Below, piece by piece: positions 1 to 12,950 of a DNA stretch of 64,000 nt. Source of the stretch: Epiperipatus broadwayi (lineage: Eukaryota; Animalia; Onychophora); contig JAQFVV010000004.1 of assembly GCA_028023455.1 (NCBI GenBank), positions 6,138,001 through 6,202,000 of the forward strand, read 5' to 3'. Positions within the stretch are counted from its first letter, which is position 1; every line of letters starts with the position of its first letter. The notes below the pieces were generated by a model that was not told where the DNA came from, ran no database searches, and saw nothing but the letters and a program-made list of their open reading frames with translations. The position numbers were made by a program, and so were the translations under genes.

Positions 1-1259
1 ATGATGAGTATGAATGTGCATATATATTCTGCGTGTACAGTCCATATACATATTTAGCTTACTATTGAATAATGTCCCATTAATTACATTTTTATAAAGT
101 TTTAATTATCATTATTAATTTTATTTGCTAATCTTAACATTTTCCAAAAAATATTTTTATAATTTTGTTATCAATAAATTTTATTCAAATTCCTTTATGT
201 CTAGGATTTTACTTAATCACTTCAGAAAATAATTAATTGAAGTTTACTTATAATCAAAACTAAATCTACCCCACCCACAACCATCCCCCCCCCCCCAGGT
301 AATGCTTTAATTATTTTAAATTTCTCCTGAATCAATTACATCTAAACTAAATTCTATATTTTAAATAAAAGTAAATGTCAGTAAATGTAAACAAGATTGT
401 TAGGGGGAAAAAAAATCCTGTTCTTTTATCCTATCACTAATTAATATTATTCCTGATTTATTAAACATATATAATTACTGTGATGTTAAAATTAAATATA
501 CATGGACACTTTTTCCATATAATAGTTATGAAATGTTTTGAATTATATTATCTGAATTGTATTTTATATGTATTTCAATTAAGTTGATCATTTTTATATT
601 TTTAATAGAATTTTGTTTTATTGTTTTTCCATATCTATTGTTTATTTTCATTGGTCTTTTGGAAAATGATGATTTGAGAATTCATTGTATTAAAAGATTT
701 TATGTTATAGTTATGGGTTTAAGTTTTTTTTTGTTTTATTAAAAATCCTGTTACTTTCTTAATTAGTTATGATCATAAACATATTCAGTCTTATTATATT
801 TAAATATATAGCAGTGCATATCCCTTATGACCTAGCAATTTAGTATGATTTAGTTTAATAGTTATAATCAATAATTGATTTTGTTTTCACCGAGCTTATT
901 TTGGTAAATTGTTTAATATAGGAAGTTATCGCTCATTGCACTACAAAACATTTTACTAAAGATGTTATTATATGCTGATATTATAAAACTTTTTGGGAAA
1001 AAAAAACTGCAAAGAAAAAATTCTGTATGTGTGCTTTCAGTTACAGTACTAACTTGCACTTAAAATGGAAAAAGAAGTGAGATTAAATAAATTTGCATTT
1101 GAGACTTGAGAACATTATATTTAGCAAAAAAAAAAAGACTGCCGTTATAATGAGATTCATAAAATTTAATAAAGTTTGTGATTTTCAATGTTTTTATTAT
1201 TTGTTTGTTTACATTTTTTTTATTTTTATATTTACATTTTTCTTTGGATAACATATAAT

Positions 1260-1830
1260 TGAAGTCCTGTAATTTGATACAGCATATATCATGGTTTCAC
1301 TTTATAATATGAACAAAATTAGAAAGCAGTCGCTAACTAAACCCACATCCATGAAAATCATGAGCAATAATCAGCAAAGGAAAATAGTAGTGCAGTAAAA
1401 AGAAAGGTATTATAGCTACAAAGAGCATTTATTGATTGTAAAAGCCACAATAAGCGTAGCAGAACTTGATAATGTAAAGTTTAATCTTGTAATGCTTGAC
1501 TAATATTATTAATGATAAAGCTATTCCCAGTATGAGAAGTTATACCCTACTCCTGTGTGACTGTCATCCATCCAAGCATGTAAAGTAGCCTGCCTTTGTG
1601 AAGTAATAACTATAGCATGTCTTAGAATCCTGTGCTTAGCAGTAATTTTACTTCCAAAATGTATGCTTGATCACATCAAAAATAGCCAAACTTCTGAAAT
1701 CTTAAAGTAGATAGTAAATAGAAACCCCAGAAGCTAAACTGTCAGCAGATAAATGTACAAAGAATATTATAAAGAAATGGAAGTTTGCAAAAGTATAACC
1801 AGTTAAAAGAATTCTCAATGGGCAAAAAGT
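1260..1830 (-). pseudogene. possible highly decayed LINE reverse-transcriptase fragment
   Basis: Minus-strand frames give broken RT-like snippets in plausible order (LAIFDVIKAY-like after a frameshift, LLHKGRLL, KLYIIKF); many stops and frameshifts. Confidence 0.2.
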
Positions 1831-1875
1831 TAATCACAGGGTAGATATTTCATCACATGATCACTATCTCTTCTG

Positions 1876-1932
1876 GCATCCATTGATTGCTCTTGTTAGC
1901 ACAAGATGGCACTACTATATGGAGAGTTTTGC
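1876..1932 (-). repeat. dispersed repeat fragment homologous to the hairpin element at 46423-46522
   Basis: catccattgattgctcttgttagcacaagatggcactactatatggagagtttt is close to the reverse complement of 46437-46490 (aaaactctccatacagtagtgccaccctgtgccaaccagagcaatcaatggttggc). Confidence 0.75.
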
Positions 1933-3865
1933 TGTATTTTGAATTGTTTAAGGGTAGATATTTAAAAATAAATGTATTATTTAATATAAAAGACATCTTA
2001 TCTTAAATAATACTTTAAAGTAATTTTATATATTTTTATTTTGATAATTTGTAGATAATATACATATTTTTTGAAATATTTTATTGTAAGAAAAATAATT
2101 TAGACATATTTTTTCATGATTTGTGAAGTTATTGTAATGAAAAAATTAAGAGAAATTTAGTGTTTAAAAGAAAAGAAAATTATAATAATATTTTATACGA
2201 AGCATCTCTGATTAAAATTTATTTCCTATTTAAAAAGGAAAATCTCACAATAGAATTAGTAATTGCAGGAATTAATGTTTTGACATAAACTTATTCATAC
2301 AGTCAATAGGTTGGTTAATATAATATCAAAAATTGAGTTGTGTCAAATCAGGAAAGTGTAGATTAATTATGAAATTATGTATATTTTGATACAAACTTGA
2401 CATATACCAATTATGCTATACATGGATTGTGAATATTTATCATTCACATGTATACAACAGTCAAATTTTCAGATACTTGTTTGTCTGCATGTCTTTTAAT
2501 ATTTTATGATTATTATTTAGCTATATCTTCGTTCTTCTCACCACAACTATCTGAATCAGAATTTTAAGTGTGCATAAAAAAAATATGATAAGGTAATTAT
2601 AAATAAGATTATAAAATGCTATTTAGAAAATAACTTCAGAATAATGAAATGATAAAACATTTGCTACATAATCAGTTTCTTATTCAACTGAATTTGAATC
2701 CAGGGATGTAGACTGACATAAAATTGATATCTGAGGAATAGAAGGGATAGGACTTGCAGAGATATCAGTCCATTGAGTACCGTTAATGGTGATGCTTTCA
2801 CGTTTTAACCACAAATTAAATTAGCATCCTTCTTATGTCCTAATCTGACCTCTTGTTGAATATACAGTGGAAAAATCCTCCTCAGTTACAAAATTTATGT
2901 GTATATATATATGTTTACACAATTATGGATATTTGCATAATTATTTATTGAAATTTATCTGAAATAAACTTATTCATTATTAAAGTATTTAAATAAAATA
3001 TCTTTCTATTGATATAGTTTTAATTCTCTAAATATATTTAGAACTGAAAATACTTTTAATGAAAACATTTTTTTGTAGATATATATTAAGATGAAAATAA
3101 GTTGTGTATATTTACACTCATATACATGTAGTTTTTATTTTTCTACATATCTTGAGATTGGCTTTTTTTACTAACTAATCATGAAATCTGCTTAGCTTCT
3201 ACATCTGCTTATGAACTATAACATTTATGAATTAATATTAAGAGTACTAACTGCTGTCTTGATTGAAAAGGATCTGCCAAGAAAAAAAAAAAAAAACAGT
3301 CAAATTTCATGTAATGAATTGATTAAAAGAATAAGCATTTTCAGTTTGATGAAAGTGTCAAAAATATTAAAAAATAATAAAGAATTTTATAGATGAAGAT
3401 ATTTTTCTTTGCACATATTATAAAATGAGTTTTATTTTATTTTTTCATTAGGATTTTTTCTAATTTTTGTGAATTAACTGTTGCTAAGATTAATTTATGT
3501 AAGTTCTTTTTAAAGATATATATATATATTATTATTATTCATTTGTCTATAAAATCTTACAATATTTAAATTGTTTAATAGTTAACAATAAATTTTAAAA
3601 TGAATTAAGAAATATTAAAATTGTTAGTGAGCATAGTTTGTTGTAAACTATGTGCTTTACATGTGTGTATATATATGCCTTGAACAACTTTTAATATTTG
3701 GAAAAAATATATAAGTTAAACGCTTTAATACTACATGTTAGGAATTAATATTTTTTTTTTACATAAATGAGTATCTTATTTGAAGTTTAAAAAATAAAAA
3801 ACATACAACATTAAAATACTAGCAAAATTATAAATTTATATTAAAATTCTATCATGCCCATGGTT

Positions 3866-4450
3866 TCACCTATTGCACAAATTGACCTTATCAAATAAAA
3901 AATCAATAAATGTAACATATTTATATTACGGGCTAGCCATTCTCACAATTCAGTTCAAATACCAATTAGCCTTAATATCAAAGGAAATTTTCAGCCGACT
4001 ATCGAGAAGATTAATCGACAGTGTTTCTTTAATTCTTCTTTTAATTTATTTCTTCCATAAAAGATAACCTCTGCATTGTTAGATAATATATTATGACCTG
4101 TATTAAAAATAGCTTTTATAACTAGCTTTGCATATTCATAAACTTAATACAAGTCATAATATATTCAACCGTACAAAAGTTATTTTTTATGAAGGAAATG
4201 AATTAAAAAGAAGAGTTAAAGAAACTTTGATGATTAATTTTCTTGATTCTGAAACCATCAGTCTTATGAATTGAATTGTGGTAATGGCTAATTTGTGTTA
4301 TATAAATGTGTTATGTTTATTGATTTTCACTTGAGGTCTGTTTGTGCAGTAGATGAAATCATAATTGTGATCAAATTTTAGCATAAGTTTGTTGTTGTAC
4401 TAGTATTTTAATGTTATTTAGCTTTTGTTTATTATTACTAGTATAGCATT
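3866..4450. mobile_element. two Penelope-like 3' fragments in inverted orientation (about 3866-4085 minus, about 4100-4450 plus)
   Basis: Plus strand about 4120-4260 translates as ALHIHKLNTSHNIFNRTKVIFYEGNELKRRVKETLMI, the C-terminus of the PLE GIY-YIG domain. The same segment is inverted at about 4020-4080 and is homologous to 12130-12400. Confidence 0.7.
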
Positions 4451-5487
4451 AGGAAGTGTTGTTGTTAAAGTTTGTATACAGATTGTAATGTGACCAAAAT
4501 TAAAAATGAATTCTTTAATTAGTTTTGATTAAGTGAAAAGTGACTGTTTTTTTATTTTTTTTCTGAAGCTTTGACTTTTTAATTCACAACTAATTTCAAC
4601 TTAAAACATTTTTTTTAAAAATGAAAACATCAAGCATTTCCCATCATATAAGCTTCATTCCATCCATTGTTTTAATTAAACAATTACTAATTTTATTTAA
4701 ATATTTGTTTTCTATTAGTTTAAATTCTAATCAAGAATTAAAACGTGACTTCAGCTCGAACGATGATAACTTTTTCTTTCCTAACAACCTAAAGTCAGGT
4801 AAAGTCTTTTAATAGAAATAGTTCTTTCATTTTACCATTGTAAAATATATGAATAGTAAAAAAATGAATTTGTTTTTCATTTTTACATTATTTGTTTGAT
4901 TTCCAGTGCATGTCCGTTTCTTTTCATAATTTAATTATTTTATACACTTAAATGTACTGATAGTTTAAATTAAAGTATTTAATAAAAGTAGGAATTCAAA
5001 TAAATCAAAATTAACCAAAAAAAATTGAAGATATAGAATTGTAGATTAAATTAAGAAATTATGTTGGAAAGAAAATCTTATTATTGCAAAAGATTATCTT
5101 GACCAGAAACAATCAAAAATAAAATGTTCATAATCAGTAACAATAATGTTATTCAAATGGCTTTATTGCGTGAGAGTTCGTAAGAAGTTTGAGCGCTGGA
5201 AGTAGCACCAGAGTTGATACTAGGACCCCACATTCCAGAATCTGGCATTCTACTATTTCGCTAACAGCATAGTCAATAATAGTTTGTCATTTTTTATTAA
5301 TCTACTAATAAAATCCTGTAGCGTCTTGTGTCCATGATTTAGTTATAAAAGTGACCATGATATTATAAGATGATTTAAGTTGAGAAATTAATTTATTAAA
5401 CATAGAACATATATTTAGTTTTTTTAAATTTTATGACATCTTGTCTTGATATTTATTCTAGCTACAAAGAATTTATAAAAATGTTTA

Positions 5488-6641
5488 GGTTGTTTTCTCT
5501 CAGCATGTTGAAAACGCTCGACGGCTAATTTCTATGCAAATGCACAGAAATATGCCGTTTAAGTGGCCGCGCCGTTATATAACATTCTATTCCAATGGTT
5601 AAGCAAAGAAATAGTCCGTTTACTTGTCTGCGGCGCCTATTATCTATGCTACAGAAGGACGTTGTCGTTTACGGTGAACTTTGTGTTACAGCAGTATCTA
5701 TTTGTATGCTACAGCACAGAAATAGGACGTATTATTCTGCCGCAGTTTATACGAACAATCCCATTCTTAACATTTAATGGTAGATGTATTTACAGCAGAA
5801 GTCGGTTGTTTATTATCTGCCACCGCAGCGGCCGTTGCCGCTTACGATAAACTTTGTGTTACGCAGTTTCTATGAACAATCCCATTTTAAATTTTGCTAC
5901 GATATTTTGTGAGGGTGTCTGTAATTGAGATTGTCAAAAGTCTTCAAATTTGCCTGTCCAAGTCATTATTTTCCAAATCCAATGTTGTAGTATGAGGTAA
6001 TAAAAATTGTGGAAACTTTGCCCCGTTTCTCTAGACAAGGGTGACACTAATCAATCATCAAAGGGGAGGTGTAAGTGTGATTTTTACGAAATCACACTAA
6101 AATTCACGTTTTGCGTGAGATAAATCACTAGACAAAGTGAAAATACCAGTTTTATTATTTTTGCCCACGATGTTGTTTTGAATAAATTCTTTCTTTTTAT
6201 TTTTGTTAAAATTACAAATTATATTTGCGTGGCCACGATGTTGTTTTGGAAGGGAAATTATTTCTTTTTTTATTCTTGTTAAAATTAACAATTTTATTTG
6301 CGTGGCCACAATGTTTTTGTTTTGGAGAAATTATTTCTTTTTCTTCATGTTAAAATTTGATTTGCGTTGCCGCGATGATATTGTTTTGATATTTTTTTTT
6401 TTTTCTTGTTAAAATTACAAATTTCATTTTCGAAAAATAATAATAAAAAAAAAGATTTCTTCAATGTATTTTTTATTTCTTTTAGATAAATTTAATTATT
6501 TATGATTTTATTGTAAATCAAAAAAAGCACTTTAAAGTTTAAAAAAAAAAAAAGAACAATGGCCCGGTAACATTATAATTCTGTTTGTTTACATAAAAAT
6601 TACGCTCTCAAGCGATTTCAACATGCTAAGAGAAAATAACC
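5488..6641. mobile_element. non-autonomous DNA transposon (Merlin-like MITE), about 30-bp TIRs, 8-bp TSD
   Basis: Left end ggttgttttctctcagcatgttgaaaacgct and right end agcgatttcaacatgctaagagaaaataacc are inverted repeats; TSD aatgttta at 5480-5487 and 6642-6649; GG termini; internal tandem repeats. Confidence 0.85.
6160..6425 (+). repeat. about four diverged 60-65 bp tandem units inside the MITE
   Basis: Recurrent motif gcgtggccacgatgttgttttg ... ttgttaaaatt. Confidence 0.75.
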
Positions 6642-7899
6642 AATGTTTATTTTTTAATAATTATCAAAAAAATATTATTAAATTAGTTTTGTTTCATTAA
6701 AAATATATTTATGGTAAATAAGTATATTTGGAGCAAATTGACTTGAATGATTTATCAGCATTAGCAGAAGAAAATCCACGTCTAGAGTATTACAAAATTT
6801 ATAGGTCTATATGAGAACATACTAATTTAATGATGATTTAAAATAATAAGAGGAAAGTATTCAAGTATTAATACACCTAAAGTATTCATTGAAAATGCTA
6901 GAAAAATGGAACACATTCTTACATTTGCAAAACATTTTCACCATATGGGATCCAGAAATATATCATCTAAAATAAAAACAAATTGACTGTCATATTTTAA
7001 TTGCATTCAGATATTGTTATATCCCATGAAGTATATCTTATACACATGAAATAACATTTGCTTGATTGTAAATGTTAATCTTAATATTTTATTTTAGCAA
7101 TTTTTTTGGGTTCACGACCGAGGACATGCTTATCAAGGTGTAGGGATAATACTGGCTTTTAAGTTATTATTAGTGATATTTTGTTCTTTTGAATTTATTA
7201 TATCATCAAATAAAACTAAAATGAAAAAAACAAAATTGTCTTTCATTTCAAGTAGTATTTCAAATTTTTTTTTTTTCAGATTAAAAAACAAAATATTATT
7301 ATACACCACTAGTTTTAAATCTTTTTCTTTCTCTGTAGATTGGAATAACAGTTAAAATTATTATTATTTTTAGTCATAATTTTTTCTAACTTACATAAAT
7401 AATCTATTCCATAATCTTTTTGGTAATCCAATCAAACATAAATTGGAAAAAAATATAAATCTTTATTGTTGTAAGATATTTAAGTATATCTTCGAATAAT
7501 TGTATTCACAGAAAATTAACATATTGAAAATATTTTTTATAAAGCATGTATTATATTTACGTAAACAAAATGTATATTAATTTTGAAACAGCATATTTTT
7601 TAATAATATTTAAACTAATGAATATCATACAATATGTAATTAATAATGTTTTTTTTTTTTACATTGGTTAAGATAAATTATTAAAATTTGAACAAGAAAA
7701 ATATCTTAAACTACTTTTCTATTAATGAATGAAGGAAAGGTACTTCTCTCTTTTTATTTAAGTAGTAGCAAAGAAATAAAATTAGTTTATTTCTAATTGA
7801 AGATATTTTTTGTATTGTTAAACCGAATTATTAAAAAAATTGAATGATATAACATTTAAAATGTCTTATACAATTTCTGCTATATATGTACATATACAT

Positions 7900-9353
7900 T
7901 GTACCGTTTATTTATATCTGGTCCAAATATATTGGCATTTGGTAAAATATTTTTTTTAAAAAAAGGGTAAAATTTAAAAATCTTTAAAAGATGCAATTGA
8001 ATTTTTTTTTAATTAGTGTAATTTTTTTTTTAAATGTAGAATGAAAGTTAAATTTTTGGTTCATATTTATTTATGTAATTTAAATTAAAGTTAAAATTGG
8101 AATGAATAAAAGACACGCAGATTGCTAATCCTGATAAATAAAAAGAAAGAAATTCCGAAGTAAAAGATTACAATCAGTAAAACCTTTTTGGAAGCTAATT
8201 AAAGATGGCAGAATTATGTTGTAAAAAAAAAAAGACTTTGTAACTTAAATTTAAGAAAGAATGTACAAGATTATTATCTTGTATTATGATAAAACAAAGA
8301 TAAAAATATGCGCAGAAGTCTGAAAACTGGACCTGGAGGATAAAAAGAAGAATACCAGTGCGATCAGGATCTTGTCTGTTTTTTCTTTTGGCTGGTCCTG
8401 GATCACAAAAGGTCCAGGACCACTCTATGTTGAAATAATTCGTCATGCAGGAGTAGACTGAAGCTTTTGGCTGACATCGTTCATAATGAAGACATCAACC
8501 CCAGAAAAGCTTTCGTGACTAGCCTTTAGGATGGACCAAAAACAAGTTAAAACCAATGGCCAGGACCTCATTCTACCTCTCATGAAAAACCAAGCATTGT
8601 AATCAACAATCTTCGCACACTCGCTAAACTTACTGTTAAGCTAAGATTAATTATTCCCGATTGTGACTGAATTAAGTGTTTGCAAACCATTCTCAAATAT
8701 AAGCGTATAATATTATCCCGATAGAGACATAATTTTTTTTATCCAAGAGACTTTCAGTTACAGCCTTCTAGAAGAAACTTAAGAAGTGAACATTTAATTG
8801 TTAAACTGTTCTAATTATTTTTATCTAACTATCTGGATTGGTATGTGTGGGTTTTTCCAATTTCATTTAACAATTTATCTTTAAACATTTTAATTTGTTA
8901 GAATAAAATATTTATTTCTAATATCAATTTTTCATTGTGTGTTATTAATGTTAGTTATTAAATTTATTAATATTAGTTAATTGCATTATAAATGTATAAA
9001 TTACCTTTGCCAATATGCGTATTTATTAATTAAGCCCCAGGAGTAATATTATCTGAAAAATATTAAGTTATGCGAAATCATAATCCTGATCTTTTTAATT
9101 ACTTGTGTCAAAATTATGGGATACGAAGAAGTTAGGAGTCTATTGACTATGACACCCTCTTATAAATGAAAACTAACTTCATCAGCAATTCCAATAGTAA
9201 TACGAATTAATATTAGGTTGAGTTAATCAGGAATAGCTATGTTTTTGGAAATAGGAACAAGATATTTTCCCTCTCCATAGCTTGATTAACTTACACTTTA
9301 TAGTGTGTAAAAGAAGGCCTACCAGAATGTAACAAAATGTGAAAAATGTTACA
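7900..9353 (+). mobile_element. solo LTR related to the LTRs at 21807/23955 (opposite strand to them)
   Basis: Starts tgtaccgtttatttatat...atatattggcatttggtaaaa and ends gaaaaatgttaca, matching the reverse complement of the 21807 LTR. Internal shared blocks aattaaagatggc and atatgcgcagaagtc. Flanks acat/atat (probable mutated 4-bp TSD). Confidence 0.8.
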
Positions 9354-9479
9354 ATATATAATAGAAAATCATATAACATTACAACACTAGCCAAAAATTA
9401 AAATTTTACTTATGATCGTGGTTTTTATCTATTAATAACTAGACCTTCCCAAGTGAAATTTAACTAGATACAAACAATG

Positions 9480-9610
9480 TATTTATACAAAATAACACTC
9501 TTCCCATAATTTACTTTAAAAAACAATTATTTTTATATCAAATGATGTTTTCATGAGATTGATGGCCTCAGATTCAAGAAGATTTATTATCAGTGTTTCT
9601 TTGACTCTTT
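9480..9610 (-). mobile_element. inverted Penelope-like 3' tail fragment upstream of the main PLE ORF
   Basis: Reverse complement gagtcaaagaaacactgataataaatcttcttgaatctgaggccatcaatctcatg matches 12170-12210 and 4212-4270. Confidence 0.7.
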
Positions 9611-10441
9611 AAGTTATTGATTTTAAATAAATTTATTAATGAAAATATATTTAAGTTTTTTAATTTAATTGATAGATTTAAAAGGTTTTGAAGGATTTTA
9701 GATTTTAGAAGTAATTTTAATTATTCTATTTTAATTTTTGTCTTAAAGTAGTTTAGATCTAGATATCAGTTTGTTTATAATAAAAAATAAAGTAACTAAT
9801 TGGTTATTAAAAAAATTTAGGAAAAGGAATGTTAACAAAAGAAACTTAAATAGAGGATATTATAACAAAGCTTCATCTGTTTTAATTTTGTCTAATTTTG
9901 TTTTAAATAATTCTGTCTTAGTAAAGACCCTTCTTTTATTCCTTCTAGCAATAGGAATGGGGCATTGATTTTATTTCTGCTATTGAATAGTGTAGAAATA
10001 TTCCAGATAATAATAAAATGTCTCTACAACTAATTTTAAATACACAATTACTTGAGAGGAAAAAATTTGTTTTTGCTCCAAAGCAAATAGATTTTCTTAA
10101 AAAACGATTGGAAGCCATTGATGTTACCCTATTAAAAGAAGACAAAGGTGACCATTTTGCATTATTGAATAATAGTGATTTTAAAAATAAAGTTTCTTTA
10201 AAGTAAAATAATGAGAGCAATTCTATTTTAAATTTTGGTCCTGGTAAGAGAATAAAATCTAAGTTAATTGAAATTATGCAAAATATTTTTTTTTTTATGG
10301 AACCACTTATTCAACATGTTTTGGCTTCTAATATTTTCTTTAATCTGAAGTTTCATAAAGATATTTTTTCTTTAAGATGTATTTTTGATTTTACAGGGGA
10401 GATTGTTGATAAAATTTCACATTTTTTTTCTTATGTGTCAT

Positions 10442-10524
10442 AGCATCAGCCGGGAAGCGAACCCGCTAACCCGGAACAACATTGTAAAGCAGTTGTCGTT
10501 GACCTCTCGACCACCAATGCTTGA
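10442..10524 (-). mobile_element. tRNA-derived SINE-like cassette
   Basis: Minus strand tcaaGCATTGGTGGtcgagaggtc...GGGTTCGCTTCCcggctgatgct has A-box and B-box-like motifs; related to 50107 and 62365. Confidence 0.7.
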
Positions 10525-10700
10525 CTATAAGATTTTTTTAAAGAATTATAGAAATTTAGGTTAATTTTGGAATCTCTTTTTCTTTTGAGGCATTTAATAA
10601 AATAAATGGATTTGTTGCAAAGAATGATTATACTTTTGGTTGTTTAGATATTGAAAATATGTATCAATCAGTTGATAGAATTAAAAGTATTAATGTGTTT

Positions 10701-11173
10701 AGTCAAAATAAGGGTCATATATCACATGACCCTATCTCTTAAGCTTGTAAGTTATAAACATTGAGGATTGCCAATTCCTCTACAAGCTTTATGATAAATG
10801 CTTAGCCAGAGCCAGCACTTAAAATATCTCTGTCAGGAACCCCTCCCCAAACCCCTGACCATGGTTTCGTGCTTTGGCACTCCTCAGAGAGGTGTCAGGG
10901 TAGGTTCAGACACTAGATCTAAAAATACCAACCCAAAGCCAAGCACTTATCTAAAAGTTATCTACTGAGTGGAAAATCTGAAATTTTCAGACATCTACAT
11001 GTCTTCAAACCCAGCTATCCAACTCAAATAGCTATATGGGGCTGATAGATCTTCAGCCATACCATATATTAGTTGCCTAGCAATATAAAATTGCATAAGA
11101 CTTATGGCAGAGACTATAAATAGTCAAAATAAGAGTCATATATCACATGACCCTATCTCTTAAGCTTGTAAGT
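10701..11173 (-). mobile_element. hammerhead-containing non-autonomous retroelement (retrozyme family B, copy 1), 421-bp monomer with 55-bp terminal redundancy
   Basis: Direct repeats 10701-10755 and 11122-11176 (1 mismatch); 13-bp TSD tattaatgtgttt at 10688-10700 and 11174-11186; splits the Penelope RT; contains a hammerhead. Confidence 0.88.
10852..10892 (-). ncRNA. minimal type I hammerhead ribozyme (family B)
   Basis: Minus strand CCUCU-CUGAGGA-GUGC-CAAA-GCAC-GAAA-C-CAUG-GUC^AGGGG: intact core, 4-bp stem II, 5-bp stem I, GUC cleavage triplet, palindromic ACCAUGGU stem III. Confidence 0.9.
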
Positions 11174-12434
11174 TATTAATGTGTTTTTTTCTATTCTAAA
11201 GAAACATGAATATTTTTCTGCATATAAATTTAAGATTATTCATGATTTGCTATTATTATTAAAGAGTTTTTTTTTTTTGTGTGTAATTATGTGTTGAGGG
11301 ATGGGTTATTGGTTATGTTATGTCTCCTTTGATGTGCTCTATCAATATTGATTTTTTAGAGAGTAGTGTTATTAATCATTTTCCTGTTTCTTTGAAATTA
11401 TTTCTTAAGTATGATAATGATTATTTGTTTGTTATTCAGAGAAATAAATTAATGGATTTTTTTGATAGATTGAATGCTTTTGATTCTAATATTAATTTTA
11501 CTATTGATGGGGGGGGGGTACTTTTGAGTTTGTTAAATTAAAATTTCTTGATTTAAGTATTGATAAATCTGACAGTGTTTTATTTGGCAATAGTTTTATT
11601 AAACAAAAAAAATAAGAAACATGATAAGGCTAGACAGTTATCTATCTTTTACTCCTAAGAAAATTGTTGAATTTTTGTTATAGGAATAGAAGGCTTAATA
11701 ATTTTGAAAATAATGCTTATATTCAGAGGAGTGAATTTGCTTTTGATTATATTTATTGGTTTAGATTGTAATCATGAATTTATTAGAAATATTACATTTA
11801 ATAAAAATATTTATAGGCTTGATAAAAATAAAAATTTAATTGGTAATGAGAATAAAGAGTTTATTTCTTGGTTTATAAGAATAGTCATTTATTGGGTGGT
11901 CTGAGAGTGGCCTGGAAATCCAATAATTTGATAGCAAATTTATACCTGGAATAATTTATGATTCCCTGCAGTTGTCATAACATTTAATAAGTCAAAGTAA
12001 ATTAAGTTCTTAATGAAAGAGTTAAAGTTTATAAGAATAGAATTAAAAATAGGTATCATAATTTAGGTATCATAATTCAGCTTTGTATATTCATAAATTG
12101 AATACAGATTATAAAATATTACTTGGCAATGCAGAGATTATCTTTTATGAAAAAATGAATTAAAAAGAAGAGCCAAAGAAACACTGATGATAAATAGGCC
12201 GTCAATCTCATAAGTTTTTAAAGTGAATTATGGGATTATATATATATATGTTGTTTGCATCTAGTTGAAAGTTTATTTGTTAATAAATAAAACCATAGTT
12301 ATGAGAGAATTTTAGTAAAATTGTATTTTTTGAAAAGTATTATACTGTTATATGATTTTCTATTTTATTTATCATTACTAATATAACAACAGGCAGTATT
12401 TATTATATATATAATAACTAATATTTTAATAATG

Positions 12435-12950
12435 AATAAATATAAAATCATGTGGAATTCATCATTTGTATTTAAATAATAATTGAACAACTCTCTAGCT
12501 GCCATGTTTAATAACTTTGTGCAATAAGAAAATGGATCATTTCTTATTGTATTTTAGATTTTTTTATTTAGAGTTATCCAGAACAATAACTGTCAGAGAG
12601 CAAACTTAAATCAGTCTGTATATATTTTAATGTAAATTGATATTTAAAGAACTGTTATTAATTTTATAAAAATATTTCAATTCAATTGTTATTTAAATAG
12701 ATTGATGAATTTCACGTGACTTTATATTTATTTTATAGTTTTTAGAAATGAATGCAATATCTCTTTAAAATGAATATCAGTTCTTTAAAAAATCAATTTA
12801 CATAAAGTTTACTTTCTGGCTATTATTGTTCTGGATAATTCTAAATAAAAAGATCTAAAATACAGTAAGAAATAGTCCATGTTCTTTATGTAAAAAATTA
12901 TTGAACATGGCCTCTAGGGGGCAGTTCAGTTATTATTTAAATAGACTTGA
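12435..12950. repeat. compound foldback element (A-B-A'-B'-A')
   Basis: 12435-12487 is inverted at 12678-12733 and partly again at 12925-12950; 12495-12660 is inverted at 12778-12917 (for example ttatccagaacaataa / tattgttctggataa). Confidence 0.75.

Larger units (their letters stand above)
9770..12400 (+). mobile_element. decayed Penelope-like retroelement (RT plus GIY-YIG endonuclease), interrupted by a tRNA-SINE and a hammerhead element
   Basis: PLE motifs in order: KEDKGDHFALLNNSDFKNK (about 10135), FGCLDIENMYQSVD (about 10636), MSPLMCSINIDFLES...KYDNDYLF...LNAFDSNINFTID (ORF 11320-11541; mutated YVDD), GIIY-IPCSC (about 11948), NSALYIHKLNT...LKRRAKETLMI (about 12075-12195). Confidence 0.88.

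Noticed and set aside
8499-8534. Minus-strand ...tcacgaaagcttttctgggg resembling the 3' half of a hammerhead
   Set aside because: No CUGANGA core, and it is the homolog of ordinary LTR sequence (aggaaaagccttcgtgacc) in the 21807 family.
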